Shown one piece after another: positions 1-9,552 of a DNA stretch of 64,000 nt. The stretch's first letter is position 1. Each line of letters begins with the position of its first letter. Both the position numbers and the translations under genes were made by a program. The notes under the pieces were generated by a model. That model worked only from the letters and a program-made list of their open reading frames with translations. It did not search any database and had not been told where the DNA came from. The stretch lies in assembly GCA_002937895.1 (NCBI GenBank), contig PTKV01000001.1, forward strand, positions 4,057 to 68,056, read 5' to 3'. The DNA is from Alphaproteobacteria bacterium MarineAlpha5_Bin9 (GTDB lineage: Bacteria > Pseudomonadota > Alphaproteobacteria > HIMB59 > GCA-002718135).

Positions 1-319
1 CTTCTATTTTTTTGTATATATTATGTTTAATATCAATTCTTTCTACTACTGCTTCAACAACCCAATCAGCATCTTTAACTAAATTAAAATCATCATCAAT
101 ATTGCCAGCAAAAATCAAATTAATTTTATTTTTTTCAAATAACAAAGGTGGGCGTGATTTTAAAATTCTTTCCTTAGCTTTTTCACTAATTTCATTTTTA
201 TTTCCATTAATTGACGGGAGATCCAACAGATTTACTTGTAAGCCAGCGTTTGCAACTTGAGCAGCAATACCACTGCCCATAGTTCCTGAACCAATTATAA
301 CTACTTTTCTAATTTCCAC
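1..319 (-). CDS. 3-hydroxyacyl-CoA dehydrogenase family protein, N-terminal NAD-binding part (gene continues past the left edge)
   Basis: Not in the ORF track (GTG start at 319-317, no stop inside the window). My minus-strand translation is VEIRKVVIIGSGTMGSGIAAQVANAGLQVNLLD...DADWVVEAVVERIDIKHNIYKKIE. This shows a Rossmann GxGxxG plus the EAVxE...K segment typical of HADH/FadB N-domains. The 12..260 + ORF is its antisense shadow. Confidence 0.7.
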   Translation of the reverse strand, partial: MEIRKVVIIGSGTMGSGIAAQVANAGLQVNLLDLPSINGNKNEISEKAKERILKSRPPLLFEKNKINLIFAGNIDDDFNLVKDADWVVEAVVERIDIKHNIYKKIE

Positions 320-431
320 TTGATTTATTTTTTTAAAAAAACCATATATAACAAGAAAAAAAATAAAGAATATAAAATAATACAAGTATTGGGGTGGAAA
401 TTTCAATAAATATCTCTAAAAGGCTCCTCTT

Positions 432-1814
432 ATGAAAAAAAACCCCAGTAGAAATGAAAATTTTAAAAAAGAGACTTCTTCTTTATTAAAAAAAATAAAT
501 AAATCTATTGATATCGATCAAAGATTATTTAATGAAGACATAGCTTGCTCAATAGCTCATTGTTATATGATGATAAAAAGTAAAATAATTTCCTCTTCTG
601 ATGGCAAAACTATAATTAAGGGACTGCAACAAATTCATAAAGAAATAAAAAATAATAAATTTAAATTTGAAGACTCATTAGAAGATATTCACATGAATAT
701 AGAGTCGCTGTTATTCAAAAAAATTGGGCCTATTGCAGGTAAATTGCATACTGCAAGATCAAGAAATGATCAAGTTGCCACAGATTTAAAATTATGGATA
801 AGAAAAAAAATTTCTATCATAGATAATGAAATTAAAAACTTCCAAAAAACTTTTATTACTGCTGCTAAAAAAAATGTTCATACTTTAATGCCTGGATATA
901 CTCATTTACAAATTGCGCAAACCGTTTCTTTTGCTCATCATATGATGGCTTATGTAGAAATGTTTGGAAGGGACAGAAGTAGATTAAATAATTGCTTAAC
1001 TAGATTAAATGAAAACCCTTTAGGATCTGGAGCTTTGGCAGGAACTTCTTTTAATATAAATAGAAAAATAACAACTAAATTACTTCTTTTTAAAAATGCA
1101 ACGGCAAACTCTATTGACAGCGTATCTGATAGAGACTTTGTGATTGAATTCATTTTTTGCTTATCTTTAATTAGTGTGCATCTTTCAAGATTAGCTGAGG
1201 AAATTGTGTTATGGTCTAGTCAACACTTTCAATTTATTAAATTACCAGATGAACTTTCAACAGGAAGTTCAATTCTTCCTCAAAAAAAAAATCCAGATGG
1301 GGCTGAATTAGTTAGAGGAAAATCAAGTTTGATAATTAGTAATTTATCAGCAATTTTGAATATAATCAAAAGTATGCCATTATCTTATAACAAGGATATG
1401 CAAGAGGACAAAAAACTAGTTTTCGATAGTTTTGATAATGTTCTAATTTCTTTAAAAGTTTTGCAAGAAACTATAAAAAAAATGAAAATAAATAAAATAA
1501 AAATGTTAAATGCCATAAATAATTCAAATGCTACAGCTATTGATTTGTCAGATGCATTAGTAAAAGAACTAAATTATTCTTTTAGAGATTCGTATGCTCT
1601 AACAGGAAAAATAGTTAATTATGCTAACAAAAAAAATAAATTTCTTCATGAATTATCCATAAGAGAGCTGAAAAAATTTGATAATAACCTATCAAAACAA
1701 ATTATCAGCATCCTATCTCCACAAAATAGCATTAAAAATAAAAAAAGTGTTGGAGGAACAGCTCCAGAAAATGTAAAACAAGCTATAAAACAAGCAGTGA
1801 GTAAATATTTATGA
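432..1814 (+). CDS. argH: argininosuccinate lyase
   Basis: 460 aa. Fumarate-lyase signature GSSILPQKKNPD, TARSRNDQVATDL, and typical ArgH length and N-terminus. Confidence 0.95.
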   Translation: MKKNPSRNENFKKETSSLLKKINKSIDIDQRLFNEDIACSIAHCYMMIKSKIISSSDGKTIIKGLQQIHKEIKNNKFKFEDSLEDIHMNIESLLFKKIGPIAGKLHTARSRNDQVATDLKLWIRKKISIIDNEIKNFQKTFITAAKKNVHTLMPGYTHLQIAQTVSFAHHMMAYVEMFGRDRSRLNNCLTRLNENPLGSGALAGTSFNINRKITTKLLLFKNATANSIDSVSDRDFVIEFIFCLSLISVHLSRLAEEIVLWSSQHFQFIKLPDELSTGSSILPQKKNPDGAELVRGKSSLIISNLSAILNIIKSMPLSYNKDMQEDKKLVFDSFDNVLISLKVLQETIKKMKINKIKMLNAINNSNATAIDLSDALVKELNYSFRDSYALTGKIVNYANKKNKFLHELSIRELKKFDNNLSKQIISILSPQNSIKNKKSVGGTAPENVKQAIKQAVSKYL

Positions 1815-2005
1815 GTATGTTAATAAAATTTTTAACAATTTTTTTTCTTTTTACTTTACTTGGATGCGGAAAAATAGGTCCTTTAACATTGCCTGAAGAC
1901 CAATTAGACAAATCAGTTATTACTTATCCATGTGATGAAGCATGTGAAAAAAGATTTGAAGAAGAAAAAAAACGCCAACAATCTGTAACCCTGCAGTTCA
2001 ATTAA
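1811..2005 (+). CDS. small lipoprotein, LptM/YifL-like
   Basis: 64 aa. Signal peptide plus lipobox FTLLGC, followed by GKIGPLTLP, which resembles the CGxKGPLxxP motif of YifL/LptM-type mini-lipoproteins. ATGA overlap with the argH stop, and it sits directly before lysA. Confidence 0.55.
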   Translation: MSMLIKFLTIFFLFTLLGCGKIGPLTLPEDQLDKSVITYPCDEACEKRFEEEKKRQQSVTLQFN

Positions 2006-3247
2006 ATGATTGTAAAATTTAAAAAAAATACTCCTTATATAGAAGGAGTAAATCTATCTAAATTAGCAAAAAAAATTCCTACTCCTTTTTATGTATATTC
2101 TCAAAAAAAAATAATAGATTCATATCTTAATCTTTATAATATTTTAAAAAAAGAAATTTTTTATTCAGTTAAAGCAAATTCTAATCAAGCTATAATTGCT
2201 TTACTAAACTCTATAGGCTCTGGATGTGATGTTGTTTCAAAGGAAGAATTGATTAGATCTTTAAAAGCAGGAGTTCCAGCAAAAAAAATAATATTTGAGG
2301 GGGTGGGAAAAAGCGAAGAAGATATTAAGTTTGCAATTAAAAAAAGAATTAGACAAATAAATGTAGAATCGATTCAGGAATTAGAAACAATTAATAAAAT
2401 TTCAAAATCTTTGAAATTAATTACCAGTATAGGCATAAGAATAAATCCAAATATTGATTCAAAAACTTTCAAAAAAATTTCCACAGGTAAAAAAAATGAT
2501 AAATTCGGTATTGATTACAATGATATTCAAAAAGCCTGCAAGATAATTAAAACTTCAAAAAATATTTCTCTAAAAGGGATTTCTTGTCACGTAGGCAGTC
2601 AAATTTTTCAGATAAAAGTTTTCGAAAAATTATTCACTAAAATGAAAAAAGCTGCAAATTTAGTTGAAAAATATGATATCTACATTGAAAATCTTGATCT
2701 TGGTGGTGGTTTTGGAGTTCCTTATACAAAAACTAATAATAGATTAAATATTATTCAAGTAAAAAAATTAGTTAATAGAATATTTAAAAATTCAACTTAT
2801 AAAATATCATTTGAACCAGGAAGATTTATAGTTGCCCAAGCTGGTATAATTATTACTAAAATTATTACTACAAAACAAAATTCTAAAATTAATTATATAA
2901 TTGCTGATGCGGGTATGAATACTTTTTTACGTCCTTCTATGTATAATGCTTCGCATAATATAATTTCTTTTAACAAATCGCACAAAAAAATGAAATATAC
3001 TTTAGCGGGACCAATTTGTGAAAGTTCAGATATTATTAAAAAGAATATTAAATTACCCAAACAAGAAGTTGGTAATTATTTAGCTATTTGTGATACAGGC
3101 GCTTATGGAGCTGTAATGGCCTCAAACTACAATTCCAAATGCCTTCCTGCGGAAGTACTAATAAATAAAAACAAATTTGTAATAATTAGAAATTCTCAAA
3201 ATATTAATTCACTATTAAAACTAGATAAAATTCCTAAATGGATTTAA
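2006..3247 (+). CDS. lysA: diaminopimelate decarboxylase
   Basis: 413 aa. PLP-lysine context YSVKANSN, HVGSQ, GGGFGVPY, and EPGRFIVAQAG...CESSD motifs of group IV decarboxylases. Confidence 0.93.
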   Translation: MIVKFKKNTPYIEGVNLSKLAKKIPTPFYVYSQKKIIDSYLNLYNILKKEIFYSVKANSNQAIIALLNSIGSGCDVVSKEELIRSLKAGVPAKKIIFEGVGKSEEDIKFAIKKRIRQINVESIQELETINKISKSLKLITSIGIRINPNIDSKTFKKISTGKKNDKFGIDYNDIQKACKIIKTSKNISLKGISCHVGSQIFQIKVFEKLFTKMKKAANLVEKYDIYIENLDLGGGFGVPYTKTNNRLNIIQVKKLVNRIFKNSTYKISFEPGRFIVAQAGIIITKIITTKQNSKINYIIADAGMNTFLRPSMYNASHNIISFNKSHKKMKYTLAGPICESSDIIKKNIKLPKQEVGNYLAICDTGAYGAVMASNYNSKCLPAEVLINKNKFVIIRNSQNINSLLKLDKIPKWI

Positions 3248-3666
3248 TTTATTATCTTATATATTAATCCAGCTAAATCATTTAAGATTAATTTTAAATT
3301 AAAATAAAATTCATTCAAAAAAAATAATATTAAGTTTATTGTTCCTACATCGGTATTTCTAAGAAACCAAAACAACAAAATTAAAATTGATATAAATAAA
3401 ACTGCTATGATTGAGTTAAATATTTTAGGTTTTTCTTCTAAAACATATTTTGAAGGTAAATTAGAAGAAAAATTTGAATTAGTACTTTTTTCTAAAGAAT
3501 TATTTTCTTCTAAAATAGAAGGTTTTAAAACTTCATCATTAAATTTATTGGGTTCTTGGAACCATTGCTCTTTGCATACTGAACAGTGAACCATTCTTCC
3601 ATTTGGCTTTAATTCAGCAGAATTAACTAAATACCTTGAATTACATGCAGGACAGGACAATATCAT
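3244..3666 (-). CDS. MJ0042-type zinc-ribbon membrane protein (ZitP-like architecture)
   Basis: 140 aa. N-terminal CPACNSRY...(17 aa)...CSVCKEQW zinc ribbon, a low-complexity linker, and one TM helix (IIAVLFISILILLFWFL). Confidence 0.6.
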   Translation of the reverse strand: MILSCPACNSRYLVNSAELKPNGRMVHCSVCKEQWFQEPNKFNDEVLKPSILEENNSLEKSTNSNFSSNLPSKYVLEEKPKIFNSIIAVLFISILILLFWFLRNTDVGTINLILFFLNEFYFNLKLILNDLAGLIYKIIN

Positions 3667-3723
3667 AATATATCTATATATATAAAATGTAATTATGATT
3701 AAATAAATTTAAATTATTAATAA

Positions 3724-4422
3724 ATGTTAGTTAGATCTCTTTTTTTTTATTTTTTGCTTTATTTATGGACAATATTCTTAGGTATAATTTTTCTTCCTTT
3801 TTTATTTTTACCTAATAATTATTTAAAAAAACCAATAAATTTTTGGATAAAGGGCATATTATTATTTTTAAAACAAATATGCAGTATTAGTTATGAATTT
3901 AGAAATATTGAAAATATTCCAAATGAGCCTGTTATTATTGCATCTAAACATCAATCGGCTTTTGAAACGTTAGCTTTATTTTATTATTTTAAAAAATCAT
4001 TATTTATTCATAAAAAAGAGCTTCTTTATATTCCTATTTTTGGATTATATTTAAAAAAATGTAATATGATTGCAATTAATCGCAAACAGGGAACTTCATC
4101 AATGCGTAAAATGCTAAAAGAAGTTAAAAATAAAATTTCAAATGGTTATTCAATAATAATTTTTCCAGAGGGGACTAGGAAAAAACCTAATGAAAATACA
4201 AATTATAAATCTGGAATCACAGGAATATACAATGAATGCAAATGTAATGTTCTTCCAGTAGCTTTAAATTCTGGTTGCTTTTGGCAAAAAGGAAAAATTA
4301 CAAAAAATCCAGGAAAAATAATTATAAAATTTTTAGAAGTTATTCCTTCCGGATTAGAAAAAAGTAATTTTTTAAAAATTTTGGAGAAAAAAATTGAAAA
4401 AGAATCTGCTAAAATAAATTAA
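3724..4422 (+). CDS. plsC: 1-acyl-sn-glycerol-3-phosphate acyltransferase
   Basis: 232 aa. N-terminal TM segment, acyltransferase block I SKHQSAFE (HX4D/E) and block III FPEGTR. Confidence 0.85.
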   Translation: MLVRSLFFYFLLYLWTIFLGIIFLPFLFLPNNYLKKPINFWIKGILLFLKQICSISYEFRNIENIPNEPVIIASKHQSAFETLALFYYFKKSLFIHKKELLYIPIFGLYLKKCNMIAINRKQGTSSMRKMLKEVKNKISNGYSIIIFPEGTRKKPNENTNYKSGITGIYNECKCNVLPVALNSGCFWQKGKITKNPGKIIIKFLEVIPSGLEKSNFLKILEKKIEKESAKIN

Positions 4423-4424
4423 TT

Positions 4425-5336
4425 TTATTTCTTTTCTCTAGGATCAAATGAACCTGCTTGTCCATAATCTTCAATAAGTTTTCTAATTTTTTTAGTTGAT
4501 GAAAATATTTTCTCCATTTTATTAAGATCTTTATTTCTAATTGCTTTTTGAAGTGAGGCCAAATCCTCTGAAAATCTTCCTAGCATATCTAATACTGCTT
4601 CCTTATTTTGTGAATAAACATCTCTCCACATTATTGGATCACTACCTGCTAATCTAGTAAAATCACGGAAACCTGCTGCTGAATATTTAATTACTTCATC
4701 TTTCATTCTATTTTCAAGATCTGTTGTTGTGGCAACAATAGAGTAAGCAATTAATTGTGGTATATGCGAGGTCATAGCCAAAACTTTGTCATGATGTTTA
4801 GAGTTCATATATTCCACTTTCATACCAAATGATTTCCACATTTTTTCAATTTTTTTTACATTTTTATTTTTTGAATTTTTTGTTGTTATAATACAATATC
4901 TATTTTTAAACAAATCAGCAAATCCATATTCAGGTCCACTCTTTTCCAAACCAGCTATTGGATGACCTGGAACAAATGTAATGTATGAATTGTTACAATG
5001 TTTCTCATATTGATTTATAACTTCTGTTTTAACTGAGCCTACATCAGTTATAATACAATCTTGTTTTATTAATTTATTAAGTTTTTTAAAAATTGAGCTA
5101 TAAGTACCAAGTGGGGAACATATGATTATTAAATCAAATTGATATTTTGAATTATTTAAGTTAGATACAAATAAATCTACAATCTTTAATTTTTTACATT
5201 TATTTATGACATTCTGATTTATATCGTAACCTAAAATATTGGCAGAAAGTTTGCTTTTTTTTAGAGATCTAGCAACTGATGAACCAATTAAGCCCATTCC
5301 TATTATTAATGTATTGTCAAAAATTTTCTTAGACAT
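4425..5336 (-). CDS. tyrA: prephenate/arogenate (cyclohexadienyl) dehydrogenase
   Basis: 303 aa. N-terminal Rossmann IIGMGLIGSS and the GHPIAG segment characteristic of TyrA/TyrC. It overlaps the upstream aminotransferase gene by 8 bp. Confidence 0.85.
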   Translation of the reverse strand: MSKKIFDNTLIIGMGLIGSSVARSLKKSKLSANILGYDINQNVINKCKKLKIVDLFVSNLNNSKYQFDLIIICSPLGTYSSIFKKLNKLIKQDCIITDVGSVKTEVINQYEKHCNNSYITFVPGHPIAGLEKSGPEYGFADLFKNRYCIITTKNSKNKNVKKIEKMWKSFGMKVEYMNSKHHDKVLAMTSHIPQLIAYSIVATTTDLENRMKDEVIKYSAAGFRDFTRLAGSDPIMWRDVYSQNKEAVLDMLGRFSEDLASLQKAIRNKDLNKMEKIFSSTKKIRKLIEDYGQAGSFDPREKK

Positions 5337-6681
5337 TAAAATTTATTTTTTTTAATATTTTCACTGTCTTGAACATTTCTTCTTTATTCCCAATAGTTAT
5401 TCTTAAACAATGAGGTAAACCATAACTATGTAATTGACGAACGATTATACCACTATCAAATAAAATACTAAAAATTTTGTCTGCCTCATCTGAGTTTTTT
5501 TTACATTCTATAAAAGCAAAATTTGTCGATGATGGTATAGATTTTAAATGTAACTTTTTTAATTCCTTCTGAAACCATGTTCTATTTTTATTATTCACTA
5601 AAATATTTCTTTGCAAATGTTTTTTATCTTTTAGAGCTTCGCTAGCCATACTTAAGGCCATTTTATTAACATTAAATGGAGGTTTAATTTTATTTAATAT
5701 AGAGGCAATTTTTTTACTTGTATAACACCATCCTATTCGCATTCCTGCAAGACCATATACTTTTGAAAAGGTTCTAGTTATTATCAAATTTTCATATTTT
5801 TTAACAAGACTAAATTTAGAATCATAATCTTTGTTGTTTACATATTCAGCATAAGCTCCATCAATAACTACTACTATGTTTTTTGGAACTTTAGATAAGA
5901 AATTACTTAAATTTTTCTTTTTAATATAAGTACCTGTTGGATTATTTGGATTATCTATTAAAATTAATTTTGTAGAATTATTAATTTTTTTTAGAATTGA
6001 ATTAAGATTAAGAACATATTTTTCTTGCTCTGCAATCACCGAATGAGCTCCTGCTATTTTAGTAATAATTGAATACATTTCAAAACCGTATTGGGAATGT
6101 ATTATTTCATCTCCAGGATGACAAAAAGCTATAGCACTCATTAATAATATTTCATTAGATCCATTTCCTAAGACTATTTGATCTTTTTCAATTAAATGCA
6201 TTTTTGATAATTGTTTGCGAAGTGTTTGGCCGCTTATCTCACCATAGCGGTGTAAAAAATTATCATTTTTAAAAATTTTAACTACTTGTGAACTTGCTTT
6301 TAATGAATTTTCATTTGAGGATAATTTAATTATTTTTTTCATTTTTCCAGCAGAAGATTTACCACCTTTATAAACTTTTATGTTTTGAATACCTCTTTTA
6401 GGTTCAAAGTCATCTTTGGTATTCTTTTGTATTTTTAAAGAGGCATGAAAAAATTCTCTCCACACTCTAATCAAACTATCTTTAGAGTAATATCCATTTG
6501 ATTTTTTGAGAAGACGTTGAATAATATTGTTTTCTCTATTTATATCAATAATTTCCTTTGATTTATCTTTTTTTGAGCCAATTTTTTTTACTATTCTAGA
6601 TCTTTCATCAATTAAATTTAATATTTTATCATCTAAAGAATTTATCTTTTTCCTAAGTTTACTAATATCTTTATAAGTCAT
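5329..6681 (-). CDS. bifunctional chorismate mutase (AroQ domain) / HisC-type class-II aminotransferase
   Basis: 450 aa. The first ~90 aa (LRKKINSLDDKILNLIDERSRIVKKIG...RENNIIQRL...VWREFFHASLKIQ) look like an AroQ chorismate mutase. The rest looks like HisC (LSSNEN, GNGSNEILL, NPNNPTG, IDGAYAEY, RTFSKVYGLAGMRIGW with the PLP lysine). Confidence 0.8.
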   Translation of the reverse strand: MTYKDISKLRKKINSLDDKILNLIDERSRIVKKIGSKKDKSKEIIDINRENNIIQRLLKKSNGYYSKDSLIRVWREFFHASLKIQKNTKDDFEPKRGIQNIKVYKGGKSSAGKMKKIIKLSSNENSLKASSQVVKIFKNDNFLHRYGEISGQTLRKQLSKMHLIEKDQIVLGNGSNEILLMSAIAFCHPGDEIIHSQYGFEMYSIITKIAGAHSVIAEQEKYVLNLNSILKKINNSTKLILIDNPNNPTGTYIKKKNLSNFLSKVPKNIVVVIDGAYAEYVNNKDYDSKFSLVKKYENLIITRTFSKVYGLAGMRIGWCYTSKKIASILNKIKPPFNVNKMALSMASEALKDKKHLQRNILVNNKNRTWFQKELKKLHLKSIPSSTNFAFIECKKNSDEADKIFSILFDSGIIVRQLHSYGLPHCLRITIGNKEEMFKTVKILKKINFNV

Positions 6682-6790
6682 AAATCTATAGTTCTTTACA
6701 AATTATAAGCAAATAAATCAAAGAAAACATGCTTTATGTCTAATTATATATAGATTGACTTAAATTGTTGATTAATTTACTAGCCTAATT

Positions 6791-6840
6791 AGCACTGATT
6801 TGAAAACAGCTTGCGGGTGCTAAAATTATCGCTAAAGCGT
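6791..6840 (+). promoter_or_regulatory. probable SAM-II/SAM-V-clan (metX-type) SAM riboswitch aptamer
   Basis: AGCAC(6791-95)/GTGCT(6816-20) forms P1. The loop carries GATTT and CAGCTTGCG. The 3' tail CGCTAAAGCG (6830-39) can pair back to GCTTGCG, giving an H-type pseudoknot. It lies ~40 nt upstream of metX-metW. A -35-like TTGACT sits at 6755-60. Confidence 0.55.
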
Positions 6841-6877
6841 TTTTTACCCCAAGTTATAGAGATTTTTGGTCATAATT

Positions 6878-8035
6878 ATGAGTAATAAAAAAGTCACAAT
6901 TGAGCCAAGTAAGGATTATCCTTGCGATATAGCTATTTTTAAAAACTATAATCATAAACTTGAGTCAGGCAATACTTTAAATAATTTTAAAGTAGCTTTT
7001 AAAACTTATGGAAAAATAAATTCTAAAAAATCTAATGTTATTCTTATTTGTCATGCTTTAACTGGAGATCAATTCATAACTGAAAATAATCCTATAACAA
7101 ATAAAGATGGATGGTGGTCTAAAATGGTAGGAAAAAACAAACCTATAGATACAAATAAATTTTTCATAATAGGAATTAATGTACTTGGGGGGTGTATAGG
7201 GACAACAGGACCTAAAGAGATAAACCCAGATACAAATAAACCATTTAATTTAGATTTTCCTACAGTTACAATTAAAGATATGGTTGATGTACAAAAATAT
7301 TTAATTGATGCTTTAAATATAGATAAGTTATTTGCTGTTATAGGATCTTCTATGGGGGCTATGCAAGTATTACAATGGATAATTGCTTTTCCAGAAAAAA
7401 TATGTAATGCTATTCATATTGCAGGAGCACTAAAACACTCTTCTCAAAATATCGCTTTTCATGAAGTTGGAAGACAGGCTGTTATGTCTGATCCAAATTG
7501 GTTTAAGGGAGATTATTCTAATCATAATGTAAAACCAGAAAGAGGTCTAGCTGTTGCTAGAATGATAGCACACATTACATACTTATCTGAAGATGCTCTT
7601 CATAGAAAATTTGGGAGAAAACTTCAATCAAGAGATATTATCTCTTTTGGATTTGATGCAGATTTCCAAGTAGAAAGCTATCTAAGACATCAGGGAAAGT
7701 CATTTGTAAATCGATTTGATGCGAATAGTTATTTATTAATGACAAGAGCAATGGATTATTTTGATTTAACAGAAAAATTTCCTAAAATAATTGAATTTAA
7801 TAATACAATAAATAAACATATAAACTATTTAGTTATTTCTTTTGATTCTGATTGGCTTTTTCCGACTAATGAAAACCTAGAAATAGCAAAAATTTTAATA
7901 AAAAATAATTGCAAAGTTAGTTTTATAGAAATTAATACAGATAAAGGGCATGATAGTTTTTTATTAAATGAGCCTGAGTTTCATAAAGCTATAAAAGGAT
8001 TTTTAAATAGTAAATTGGATATAAATGATAAATAA
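6878..8035 (+). CDS. metX: homoserine O-acetyltransferase
   Basis: Alpha/beta-hydrolase MetX pattern: ILICHALTGD, GSSMGAMQVLQW (nucleophile elbow), DSDWLFP, GHDSFLL. The ORF track starts at TTG 6866; ATG 6878 (MSNKK) seems more likely. Confidence 0.93.
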   Translation: MSNKKVTIEPSKDYPCDIAIFKNYNHKLESGNTLNNFKVAFKTYGKINSKKSNVILICHALTGDQFITENNPITNKDGWWSKMVGKNKPIDTNKFFIIGINVLGGCIGTTGPKEINPDTNKPFNLDFPTVTIKDMVDVQKYLIDALNIDKLFAVIGSSMGAMQVLQWIIAFPEKICNAIHIAGALKHSSQNIAFHEVGRQAVMSDPNWFKGDYSNHNVKPERGLAVARMIAHITYLSEDALHRKFGRKLQSRDIISFGFDADFQVESYLRHQGKSFVNRFDANSYLLMTRAMDYFDLTEKFPKIIEFNNTINKHINYLVISFDSDWLFPTNENLEIAKILIKNNCKVSFIEINTDKGHDSFLLNEPEFHKAIKGFLNSKLDINDK

Positions 8036-8726
8036 AATGACACAAAATATTAGCATTCGCAAAGATTGGAAATTAATTCAATCTCTCATAGATATAGATT
8101 CTTCTGTTTTAGATATTGGTTGTGGTGAAGGAGAACTAATGTCTCAATTAGAGAAAAATTTAAATTCTAATACAAGAGGCATGGAAATAGATGGTGACTT
8201 AGTAAATAAAGCTATTAATAATGGCTTAAATGTAATTCACGGAAATGCTGAAAAAAATCTAGAGTATTATTCAACTCAAAGTTTTGATTATGTTATATTA
8301 AGTCAAACTCTGCAAGCTATGTATAATCCGAAAATTGTTTTAGAGGAATTATTAAGAATAGGTTCAAAAGCAATAGTATCTTTTCCAAATTTTGGTCATT
8401 GGTATATAAGACTTCAACTTTTGTTTAATGGTAAAATGCCAGTAACAAAAGGTCTTCCATATTCTTGGTATGAAACTCCTAATATTCATTTCTTCACCCT
8501 TAAAGATTTTCAAGATATATGTAAAAAATTAAATATTAATATTGAAAAAAGTTTTGGATTAACAAACAAAGGTAAACAATTTGAAATAACAGATTATTCT
8601 ATAACATCAAATTTGATTACACAAGAAGCAATTTTTTTATTAAGTAAAAATAAAATAGAAACAATAAAAATTGAATCAAAACAAAATGTTTTTATGAGTC
8701 AAAAAATTTTAGCAAATAATCAATGA
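8025..8726 (+). CDS. metW: methionine biosynthesis protein MetW
   Basis: 233 aa. SAM-methyltransferase-like motif VLDIGCGEGELM. Overlaps the metX end by 11 bp, the classical metXW pairing. Confidence 0.9.
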   Translation: MINKMTQNISIRKDWKLIQSLIDIDSSVLDIGCGEGELMSQLEKNLNSNTRGMEIDGDLVNKAINNGLNVIHGNAEKNLEYYSTQSFDYVILSQTLQAMYNPKIVLEELLRIGSKAIVSFPNFGHWYIRLQLLFNGKMPVTKGLPYSWYETPNIHFFTLKDFQDICKKLNINIEKSFGLTNKGKQFEITDYSITSNLITQEAIFLLSKNKIETIKIESKQNVFMSQKILANNQ

Positions 8727-9487
8727 ATGAAAATATAAAAATTCAAATTTGCAAACAGCTCAAAGACAATTATTCATACATAATATATTCAAAAAAATTT
8801 AAAAAAGCCATAGTTATAGATCCATCAGAAGCAGATCCTATATTAAAATTTTTAGAATTAAATAATTTAGATTTAATAGCAGTTTTGATTACACATCATC
8901 ATTCAGATCATACTTCTGGTATAGATAAAATATATAAAAATAAAAAAGTTAATGTGTACTCACCCAATTTAAAGATAGAATTCTCAAATATAAAAATTAA
9001 TAATAATGAAATTATTGATCTTTTTTTTATAAAATTCAAAGCAATTTTTTTGCCAGGACATACAAATGATCATGTAGTATTTTATTGTGAAGAAAAAAAT
9101 ATTTTATTTTCAGGTGATACTATTTTCTCATTGGGATGTGGAAGAATTTTCGAAGGAAGTATTAAAGATATGTATAACTCTTTACAAAAAATTAATAAAA
9201 TGCCAGATAAAACTATGATATTTTGTGGCCACGAATATACATTAAATAATTTAAATTTTTTAAAATCTACTTTCCCGAACCTAAAAGAATTAGATGATTA
9301 TTCTTTGAAAATTAATACTAAATTTAAAGATACTGAAACTACAATGCCATTTTTATTGGGTGATGAAAAAATATATAATCCTTATTTATGCAATAAAAGA
9401 AGTATTTATGAAAAATTTAAATCTATAAATAACTATAATAATTTAAGTTTTTTTAAATATATAAGAGATTTAAAAGACCTTTATTAA
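8723..9487 (+). CDS. gloB: hydroxyacylglutathione hydrolase (glyoxalase II)
   Basis: 254 aa. Metallo-beta-lactamase motif THHHSDH, with LPGHTNDH and CGHEYT downstream. Confidence 0.9.
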   Translation: MNENIKIQICKQLKDNYSYIIYSKKFKKAIVIDPSEADPILKFLELNNLDLIAVLITHHHSDHTSGIDKIYKNKKVNVYSPNLKIEFSNIKINNNEIIDLFFIKFKAIFLPGHTNDHVVFYCEEKNILFSGDTIFSLGCGRIFEGSIKDMYNSLQKINKMPDKTMIFCGHEYTLNNLNFLKSTFPNLKELDDYSLKINTKFKDTETTMPFLLGDEKIYNPYLCNKRSIYEKFKSINNYNNLSFFKYIRDLKDLY

Positions 9488-9552
9488 AAAAAATTAGATT
9501 AATAATTGACTATTTTTGTTTAAAATTATAAACGCTTTTATCTTTAAAAATT

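Noticed and set aside
12-260. 82-aa + strand ORF at the left edge
   Set aside because: It is the antisense shadow of a clearly homologous 3-hydroxyacyl-CoA dehydrogenase N-domain encoded on the minus strand.
9506-9532. TTGACT … TATAAA upstream of rplU as a promoter
   Set aside because: The spacer is only 15 nt for the best -10 candidate. It is plausible but too weak to list as a feature.
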